Below are positions 54,001 to 64,000 of a DNA stretch of 64,000 nucleotides, one piece after another. The translations under genes and the position numbers were made by a program. The stretch lies in NCBI RefSeq assembly GCF_009914755.1, contig NC_060944.1; one strand, written 5' to 3'. Positions within the stretch are counted from its first letter, which is position 1, and each line of letters opens with the position of its first letter. The stretch is from the human T2T-CHM13v2.0 reference genome, Homo sapiens. Under the pieces are notes generated by a model. That model was not told the DNA's origin and did not search any database. It saw nothing but the letters and a program-made list of their open reading frames with translations.

Positions 54001-57000
54001 GGGTTGGGGGGCAGAGCAACATGGCTGAATAAAAGGCTCCAAATGGCAGGAGTAAGTCCTTACTTATTAACAATAACATTGAGTTTATCAATAATAAAAT
54101 TTAGTGTAAAAGGACTAGACTCCCCAGTCAAAAGATGTAGAGTGGCCAAATGGATAAAGAACAAGACCCAGTTATCTGTTGCCTGCAAGAAACACCCTTC
54201 ACCTATAAAGACACAAATACACTGAAAATAAAGGGATGGAAAAAATATTCCATGCCAATAAAAACCAAAAAAGAACAGGAGTGGCTACACTAATATGAAA
54301 CAAAATAGATTTCAAGACAAAAACTATAAGAAGAGATGAAGAAGATATTATATAATGGTAAGGGGATTGATTTAGCAAGAGGATGTAACAATTATAAATA
54401 TATATGTACCCAACGCAGGAACATCCAGATATATAAAGCAAATATTATCAGAGCTAAAGAGAGAGATAGACCCCTATACAATAATTGCTGAGACTTCAAT
54501 ACCCAACTTTCAGCATTGGACAGATCTTCCAGACAGAATATCAACAAAGAAACATCAGAGTTAATCTGCAATATAGACCAAATGGACCTAATAGATATTT
54601 ATACAACATTTTGCCAAACATCTTCAGAATACATATTCTTCTCCTTAGCAAATGGATCATTTTCGAGGATAGACTCTCTGTTAGGTCACAAAACAAGTCA
54701 TAAAACATTAAAAAAAATTTAATATAATCAGGCATCTTCTCTGATCACAATGGAATAAAACTAGAAATCAATACCAACAGTAATTTTGAAGACTACACAA
54801 ACACTTGAAATTAAACAACATGTTCCTGAATGACCAGGGGTCAAATGAAGAAATTAAAAAGAAAATTGAAAAATTTATTGAAACAAATGATAATGGAAAC
54901 ATGACAAACCAAAACCTGTGGGCTACAGCAAAAGCAGTACTAAGAGGGAAATTTATAGCTAGAAGTGCCTACATCAAAAAAGAAGAAAAACTTCAAATAA
55001 ACAACCTAAAAATGCATCTTAAAGAACTAGAAAAGCAAGAGCAAACCAAACCCAAAATTAGTAGAAGAAAAGAAATAATGAAGATCAGAACATAAATAAA
55101 TGAAATGGAAATGAAGGAAACAACACAAAAGATCAATGAAACAAAAAGTTGTTTTTTGGGTTTTTTTTTAATTGTTTGGGCATCTGAATTGGAAAATAAG
55201 AAGTCAAATTACCCTTGTTTCCAGATGACATAATCTTATATTAAAAAAAAAAAAGATTCCACAAAAACCTATGAAAACTGATAAACAAATTGAGTGAAGT
55301 TGCAAGGTAAAAAATCAACATACAAAAATTAGCGTCATTTTTATATACCAACAGTGAACAATCTGAAAAATAAATCAAGAAAGAAATTCATTTACAATAG
55401 GCACAAATAAAAAATATCTAAGAATTAAATAAAGAAGCGAAAGATCTTTACAATGAAAACTATAAAACATTGATGCAAGAAATTGAAGTGGATACCAAAA
55501 AATGTAAAAATATTTCATGTTTATGGATTGGAAGAATCAATCTCATAAAAATGTCCATATTACCCAAAGCAATCTACAGATAAAATGCAATTCCTATTAA
55601 AATGCCAATGACATTCTTCACAGAAATAGAAAAAAATCATAAAATTTATGCGAAACCACAGAAGACCCAGAATAGCCAGTTATCCTAAGCAAAAACAACT
55701 GTAGGAATCACAGAGTTCTAGTAACCAAAATGGCTTGGTACTAGCATAAAGACAGATACATAGACCAGTGGAGCAGGATTGAGAACCCAGAAATAAATTC
55801 ATATATGTATAGTAAACTCATTTTTGACAGTGGTGCCAAGAACATACATTGGGGAAAGGACAGTCCCTTCAATAAATGGTACTGCAAAAACTGGATATCC
55901 ATATGCAGAAGAATGAAACTAGACCCGTGTCTCTTGCCGTATACAAAAATAAAATCTAAATGGATTAAAAACTTAAATCTAAGATCTCAAACTATAAAAC
56001 TACTAAAAGAAAACACTGGAGAAACTCTCCAAGACATTGGTCTAGGCAAAGATTTTTTGAGTAATACCCACAAGCACAGGCGATCTAAGCAAAAATAGAC
56101 AAATGGAATCACATCAAGTCAAAAAACTTCTGCACAGCAAAGGATACAATGAAGTTAAGAGGCAATCCATAGAATGGGAAAAAAAAAATTTGCAAAATAC
56201 CCATCTGACTGGGGATTAATAACCAGAATATTTAAGGAGCCCTAACAACTCTATAGGAAAAAATCTAATTATCTGATTTAAAAATTGGCAAAAGATTTGA
56301 ATAGACATTTCTCAAAAGAAGACATACAAATGGCAAACAGGTATATGAAAAAGTGCTCAACATAATTGATTATCAGAGAAATGCAAATTGAAGCTACAAT
56401 GAGATATCATCTTACCCCAGTTAATATGGCTTTTACCCAAAAGACAGAGACTAATAAATGCTGGCAGGGATGTGGAGAAAAGGGAACCCTTGTATACTGT
56501 TAGTGGGGATGTAAGTTGGTACAACCACTATGGAGAACAGTTTGAAGGTTCCTCACAGAACTAAAAATAGAGCTACCATATGATCCAGCAATCCCACTCC
56601 TACGAATTTTGGGTATATACTCCTAGGTATATATACCCAAAAGAAAGGAAATCAGCATATCAAAGAGATATCTGGAGTCCCATGTTTATTGCAGCACTAT
56701 TCACTATAGCCAAGATTTGAAAGCAACCCCAGTGTCCATCAACAGTTGAATGGATAAAGAAAATGTGGTACATAATCACAATGGAGTACCGGTCAGCCAT
56801 AAAAAGAATGAGATCCCTTCATTTGCAACAACCCAGATGAAACTGGAGTTGTTATGTTAAGTGAAATAAGCCAGGTATGGAAAGACAAACTTCACATGTT
56901 CTCACTTATTTGTTGGAGCTAAAAATGGAAACAATTACACTCATGGAGACAGACAGTAGAAGGATGGTTATGAGGCTGGACAGGGTAGTATGGGGTTGGG

Positions 57001-57312
57001 AGGAAGTGGAGTTGGCTAATGGGTACAAAAACTAGTTATAAAGAATGAATAAGATCTATTATTTGCTAGCACAACAAGGTGAATATAGTAAAAAATAATT
57101 TAATTTTACATCTAAAAATAACTAAAAGAGTATAATTGGATTGTTTGTAACACAAAGGATAAATGCTTGAGTTGATGGATACCCATTTATCCTGATGTAA
57201 TTATTACTCATTGCATGCCTCTATCAAAATATCTCATATTACCCATAAATACATACACCTACTATGTACTTACCAAAACTAAAAATTTAAGAAAAGACCT
57301 CAAGGAAAATAA
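54001..57312 (+). mobile_element. L1MA1-3-like element with both termini but large internal deletions
   Basis: 5' terminus 'ggggggcagagcaacatggctgaata', ORF2 endonuclease and C-terminal fragments, L1MA 3' end; candidate TSD 14/17 at 53984-54000 and 57313-57329. Confidence 0.85.
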
Positions 57313-57600
57313 ATAAAATTTATCAGATTAAAAATGTTATACTTTTCTATTATAATATGTAAATACTCACCTTATATTCAAAATACTTGCTTTCCTTCAT
57401 AAATAGATGTTATTATTTTCTGAGCCCACTTTCCTTTCTCCACTGATCTGAAACGTTATTTTTATTATAAATTCAATACAAACATTTCAGTCTATAAAAT
57501 AACCACAAAATAAGAAATATGAACATTTTGAAAATGTTTTTTAAAAAACTTCATATAACTCCATGAAGATAGATGTGTAAATATTATTGAAATGGACAAT

Positions 57601-58168
57601 TTTATTAGTCAGGGTTCTTCAGAGAGACACAAGCAATAGGAGATAGAGATAGAGAGAGAAAGAGCGACAGCAAGAGAGAGAGAGGGAGGATTTCATATGG
57701 AACTTGGCTCATGTGATTATGGAGGCTTAGAAGTTTCACGATAGGCTGTCTGCAAGCTGGAGAACCAGGGAAACCGGTAGTGTGGCTCAGTCTGAGTCTG
57801 AAGGCTTGAGAACCAGGGGAGACAACAGTATGATTCTCAGTCCTGGGGGAGCTTCTGGCACAAGTCTTAGAGTCTGAAGTTCTGGACCCGGAGTCCTGAT
57901 GTCTAAGGGTGGGAGAAAACGAGTGTCATAGCTTTAAGGGAGAAACAGCAAATTTGCCTTTCCCCACCTAGACTATCTATCTGTGCCTCAGCTGATAGAT
58001 AGTTCCCACCCACGTTGGGTGAGGGTGGATCATCCTTACTCAGTCCACTAACTCAAATGCCAGTCTTTTCCAGAAACACCCTTGCGGACATACCCAGAAA
58101 TAATGCTTTACCAGCTATCAGGGTATTCCTTAATTTAGTCAAATTGACACTTAAAATTAACCATCACA
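57601..58168 (-). mobile_element. MLT2B-like ERVL solo LTR
   Basis: 'tattagtcagggttct...aaaattaaccatcaca'; perfect 5-bp TSD ACAAT at 57596-57600 and 58169-58173. Confidence 0.9.
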
Positions 58169-58374
58169 ACAATGTTCCATGAGAGCATGAACTTCCAAAG
58201 TTAATTCAGATAGAAAATCTGAACAGACCAATAACCATTTAAGAATTTTTAAAAGTTATCGAATGATCATCTGTTTAATAACAAACTATTAGGAATCACA
58301 AACTATAATTTTTTTGGAACTTAACACAAATTTATTTGGTTTTCATGTAATGGGGTGTGTGTGTACTTTAGTTT

Positions 58375-60338
58375 CTTTTTCAAAATTTTATTTTATTTTA
58401 TTTTATTTGAAGTTCTGGGGTACATGTGCAGGAAGTGCAGGTTTGCTACATAGGTAGACATGTGCCCTGGTGGTTTGCTGCACCTAGAAACCTATCACCT
58501 AGGTATTAAGCCCAGCATGCATCAGTTATTTATCCTGATGCCCTCCCACCCCCTGCCTCCTGACAGACCCCAGTGAGTGTTGTTCCCCTCCCTGTGTCCA
58601 TGTGTTCTCATTTTTTAGCTCCCCATTATAAGTGAGAACATGTGGTGTTTGGTTTTCTGTTCCTGCCTTAGGTTGCTGAACATAACAGCTTACAGCTCCA
58701 TCCATGTCCCTGCAAAGGACATGATCTCATTGTTTTTTTAATGGCTGCATAGTATTCCATGGTGTATATGTACCACATTTTCTTTATGCAGTCTATCATT
58801 GATGGACATTTGTGTTGATTCCATGTGTTTGCTATTGTGAATAGTGCTGCAATCAACATACATGTGCATGTATCTTTATAAAAGAATAATTTATATTCCT
58901 TTGGGTATATACCCAGTAATAGGATTCCTGGGCCAAATGGTATTTCTGGTTCTAGACCTTTGAGGAATTGCCAAACTGCCTTCCACAATGGTTAAACTAA
59001 TTAACATTCCCACCAACAGTGTAAAAGCATGCCTATTTCTCCACAGCCTCGCCAGCAACTGTTGTTTCTTGACTTTTTAATAATCACGATCTGACTGTCG
59101 TGAGAGGGTGGTTTTGATTTGCATTTCTCTAATGATCCGTGATGTTGAGCTTTTTTCATATGCTTGTTGGATGCATATATGTCTTCTTTTGAGAAGTGTC
59201 TGTTCATATTACTTGGCCCAGTTTTTGATGGGGTTCTTTGCTTTTTTCTTGTACATTTTTTTAAGTTCCTTGTAGATTCTGGATGTTAGGCCTTTCTCAG
59301 ATGGATAGATTGCAAAAATTTTCTCCTATTCTGTAGGTTGTCAGTTCACTCTGATGATATTTCCTTTTGCTGCGCAGAAGTTCTTTAGTTCAGTTAGATC
59401 CCATTTGTCAATTTTGGCTTTTGTTGCAATGGCTTTTGATGTTTTTGTCATGAAATCTTTGCCCGTGCCTATGTCCTGAATGGTATTGCCTAGATTTTCT
59501 TCTAGGGTTTTTATAGTTTTGGGTTTTACATTTAAGTCTTTACTCCACCTTGAGTTAATTTTTCTATAATGTATAAGGAAGGAGTCTAGTTTCAATTTTC
59601 TGCATATAGCTAGCCAGTTTTCTCAGCACCATTTATTAAATAGGGGATCCTTTCTCCATTGCTTGTTTTTGTCAGGTTTGTTAAAAATCAGATGATTGTA
59701 GATTTGTTGTATTATTTCTGAGATATCTATTCTGTTCCATTGGTATGTCTCTGTTTTGGTACCAGTACCATGCTATTTTGGTTACTATAGCCTTGCAGTA
59801 TAGCTTGAAGTCAAGTAGTGTGATGTCTCCAGCTATGTTCTTTTTGCTTAGGCTTCTATTGGCTATACAGGCTCTTTTTTGGTGCCATATGAATTTTAAA
59901 GTTTTTTTTTCTAATACTGTAAACAATGTCAATGGTAGTTTAAGGGAAATGGCATTGAATCTATAAATTACTTTGGGCAGTATGGCCATTTTCACTATAT
60001 TGATTCTTCCTATCCACGAGCATGGAATGTTTTTCCATTTTTTGGGTCCTCTCTTATTTCCTTGAGCAGTGGTTTGTAGTTCTCCTTGAAGAGGTCCTTC
60101 ATTATCCTGTTAGCTGTATTTCTAGGTATTTTATTCTCTTTGTAGCAATTGTGAATTTGAGTTCATTCATGATTTGGCTGTCTGCTTTGTCTATTGTTGG
60201 TGTATAGGAAAGCTTTTGATTTGTGCACATTGATTTTGTATCCTGAGACTTTGTTGAAGTTTCTTATCAGCTTAAGGAACTTTTGGGCTGAGACGAATAG
60301 GATTTTCTAGATACAGGATCATGTCATCTGCAAACAGA
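58375..60338 (-). mobile_element. 5'-truncated L1PA (PA8-PA10-like)
   Basis: Antisense 3'UTR 'gttctggggtacatgtgcagg' and minus-strand ORF2 C-terminal ORFs 58668-59995. Confidence 0.92.
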
Positions 60339-60432
60339 AATGACAAACTATAACATTTTGATGCTAGTACAAGATTGAAAAGATAGAATATAAGGACTGG
60401 AAAGAATATTCAAGGTAAGCTATAGACAATGT

Positions 60433-60752
<320 letters not shown>

Positions 60753-61196
60753 TAGACAATGCGTTTGACTCCAAGAGAGCCTCAAGCCACTACAAGAATG
60801 CCAAGTAACCACTGAATTCTGTCAGCCTTAGAGCTAGGGTCTTCTTGTTTCTATAGATGGCACAGCAACAGCAAACACAAATCTACCTGCAGAGGAGGAA
60901 TCCTGCGTTTTCCTATTGTATATACAGAGATCTCTGGAAGAACCCACAAGGAGCTGGTAACAGTGGTTACCTCTGGGGAGGCAACCAGGTGACTGGGCAA
61001 AGGGGTGTGAGAGAGACTTAATTTTCACCTTACATGCTTCTGCTTTTTAAATTCTGAACCATGTATCTATATTATCCATCCACAAATAAAATAAAATAAA
61101 ATAAAATATACCCCCAGTGAAAGAAAATAAATTTTAAACCACAGGCAATAAGAACTAACATACACACACACTCACATACACACATATAAATATATA

Positions 61197-61521
61197 CAGA
61201 CAGTCCCTGATTTAAGATGGTTCAATTTACAATTTTCTAATGTTATGATTGGTACCCATATAACTATTCTGTTTTGACTTTCAGTACAGTATTCACTAAC
61301 TTACATGAGACATTCAATACTTTATTATAAAATAAGCTTTGTGTTAGATGATTTTGCCCAACAGTAGGCTAATGTAAATGTTCTGAGCTTGCTTAAGGTA
61401 AGCTAGACTAAGCTATGATATTCGGTATATTAGGTGTATTAACTGCACTTTTGACTTAAAGTATTTTCAATTTGTGACAGGTTTATCAGAAGTAACCCCA
61501 GTGTACGTTGAGGAGCATCTG
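61197..61521 (-). mobile_element. MER47A-like Tigger MITE
   Basis: Minus strand starts CAGATGCTCCTCAACGTAC; CAG...CTG termini flanked by TA. Confidence 0.8.
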
Positions 61522-62274
61522 TATTTGGTGTACTGAATATAATATGTATTGAAATATACACTATGTATCCAACACAGTAGATAATTAAAAGTCTATTTAT
61601 AGGCAAATGATTAAAAAAATTGGTGTTGAGACTCAATGAAATATTATGCAACAGTGACAATAAATGGGGTAGATACACTTGTACACAGAAAAATCACCAC
61701 ACCTGCAGTTAAGGGAGCTATGAAGATTGTCTAGCAATATATTATCATAAATGACAAGCAATTCTTCACACAAAACAAAGCTATGCCTAGCTATATACAG
61801 TTGTACATGTGTAAATGGGGTCCAGAAGTTCTGGAAAGATTCACATCAAAATAATAGCAGTTACCTTTACAGAGGGTATTAGGATTAAGATGAGCTTTGA
61901 TTATGCATTTTGAGAATATATATCCATGTCTTACTTATATTATAGAAATAAATAAATGTTTAAAAAATAATAAATCTTTGCATTTGTGTTTAAAAATTTT
62001 GTTCAACAAATGTTCATTTGTTGTTGTTCATGGTATAAGTATTGGAGACAACTTAAACCGTCATCAGTGAAAGAGTGGCTAAATAGACTATGCCATATCT
62101 GTGATATTTAATCACATGCCGCTATTAAAGACAATGAGGGAGATCTCACCCTGATTACATGTATGGTTAAATGCATTGAAATTAAATTGTCAACATACCA
62201 AATATACCAAAATATTGGCAATATTTATCTTCAGAAAGAAGAATAAAAATGAAGGTATAAATTAGGACTTGATG

Positions 62275-62563
62275 GTTTTTTTTTTTTTTTGAGACGGAAT
62301 CTCGCTCTGCCACCCAGGCTGGAGTGCAATCTCGGCTCACTACAACCTCTGCCTCCCAGGTTCAAGCGATTCTCCTGCCTGAGCCTCCTGAGTAGCTGGG
62401 ATTACAGGCACCTGCCACCATGCCCGGCTAATTTTTTGTATTTTTAGTAAAGACAGGGTTTCACTATTTTGGCCAGGCTGGTCTCAAACTCCTGACCTTG
62501 TGATCTGCCTGCCTTGGCTTCCCAAAGTGCTGGGATTACAGGCGTGAGCCACCGCACCCGGCC
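62275..62563 (-). mobile_element. AluS (Sg-like) with a small internal deletion
   Basis: Antisense Alu; 'ggagtgcaatctcgg' lacks the usual 'gtggcgc' segment. Confidence 0.9.
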
Positions 62564-62839
62564 AGTTTGTTTTTAATATATATGAGTGCCTGTAGTGTTT
62601 GAACCTTATAAGAACAGTGTTTTTATTTATTATTGTGTAATTAAAAATCTATATTAACAGAACATAAGATCTGTAGTAGCAGAGTAACAGTATATTTGTG
62701 TCTTGAAAATGAAAAGACAACATTTACATTCATGATTGATATGGCCGATCCCCCCCCATTATTCTTCTTAGCTGTTGACATCCATTCAAACTTTCTTTCA
62801 TTTGATTGATGCAACTATTTTTTGACTCTCTCTTCTCAT

Positions 62840-63124
62840 TTTTGAGACAGAGTCTCACTCTTTCATCCAGGCTGGAGTGCAGTGGAGTGATCTCAGCTTA
62901 CTACAACCTCTCCTCTCAGGTTCAAATGATTCTCCTACCTCAGCCTACTGAGTAGCTGGGACTACAGGTGCCCACCACCACACTCAGCTAATTTTTGGAT
63001 TTTTAGTGGAGGCCGGGTTTCACCTTCTTGGCCAGGCTGGTCTCGAACTCCTGACCTCAGGTGATCTACCTTCCTTGGCCTCCCAAAGTGCTGGGATTAC
63101 AGGCATGAGCCGCTGCACCCGGTC
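62840..63124 (-). mobile_element. AluS (Sx-like) with almost no A-tail
   Basis: Antisense Alu; ~16-bp TSD tgactctc(tcttc/cctt)tcat at 62823-62839 and 63125-63140. Confidence 0.9.
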
Positions 63125-64000
63125 TGACTCTCCCTTTCATAAACCAGAGGATGACACCTCCTAATCTCTCCACCTTCCTCTTTTAGTCAGTGTTTCAAAT
63201 GGATTAAAAACAAGGGCTGCTTGCTAAGGACTACGCTGATCAAAAGAAATACAGACGTTGCTCTATGTGTCAAATAAAGCACCTGTTTGTTCACTTTCCA
63301 GGAAAAATTGCCATGTGGTTGATACTGTAGGAAACAGGAGACTGCTATATTTGTTGGAGTTGGATGCAGACCATTCTTACATTGCCAAGTGTAGGGGCAA
63401 AGGGGGTGTCTAGTCTCATGTTATTTTCAAACCTTAAAAGACATAGAGAGTGAGGCAGTTCTTCCAAATCATTTTACCAAAGTAAGTTCTCATTTGTTCT
63501 GCATTGACAACTTCACATGATTAAAAGAAAGGAAATTTCCCCAATATTCCACTTGTCACTTCTGATAGCCCGATTCTCTACACAGCTAACTCACAAGTTT
63601 ACCTGGGAAGCCAAGTTCTTTACTGACTTTGCAGCTTTGAATATTCCAGTAAAAGATGTAGGGTAGTACTGCAAATAGCCCTAAATCTGCTATTTAAACT
63701 TTGAAACATTTTATTCAAGACCTTGTTTTTCCTACTGAATTTCCCTTGAAGCTTAAACCCCATTCCCTGTAGTGCAAAATTTCCATTAACAACGAGAACC
63801 AACGGCTTAAATCACTGGATCTGAGTTACTTTCTTGTTCCTGAGCATGAAGAATGCTTTGAATACTGCTAAAGGGCACATGAATATTTTCAATATCCTTG
63901 GGTAACATTTGAAGAAATACTTGTACATAGGATACAGTAGTATCTCATGTAATTAAGATGCAGGTGAAGTGGCTTAATGAGGAAGTAGTTCAATTTGTAT

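Overview
This is primate genomic DNA, very probably human given a near-consensus AluYa5-lineage insertion. It is AT-rich, intergenic or deep-intronic, and made mostly of transposable-element fossils. I find no intact protein-coding gene: the listed ORFs are decayed L1 ORF2, ERV gag/pol/env, antisense Alu or chance ORFs. Main landmarks: an ERV1 solo LTR (3.4-4.2 kb); a near full-length old L1PA (8.6-14.9 kb); an 11.6-kb two-LTR class I provirus on the minus strand (21993-33603) with an Arg PBS and decayed gag-pro-pol and EnvR(b)/PABL-like env, carrying nested Alu, FLAM, L1 and MER85 insertions; a 4.9-kb L1PB; an ERVL/LTR16 relic; an L1MA with both termini but large internal deletions; and many Alu, MIR, L2, MLT and DNA-transposon pieces. 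The most unusual signals are structural. (i) Four short-range templated copies, the best a 255-bp, ~97% identical copy of a unique L1 inversion junction placed 2.74 kb away between two fold-back palindromes. (ii) Four twin-primed (5'-inverted) L1s within ~10 kb, one of which duplicated the proviral PPT. (iii) A MER85 with an intact PGBD3-binding palindrome. (iv) A candidate L1 3' transduction. I cannot support a new coding system. Family names come from recalled consensus sequences, not a database search, and boundaries of old repeats are approximate.
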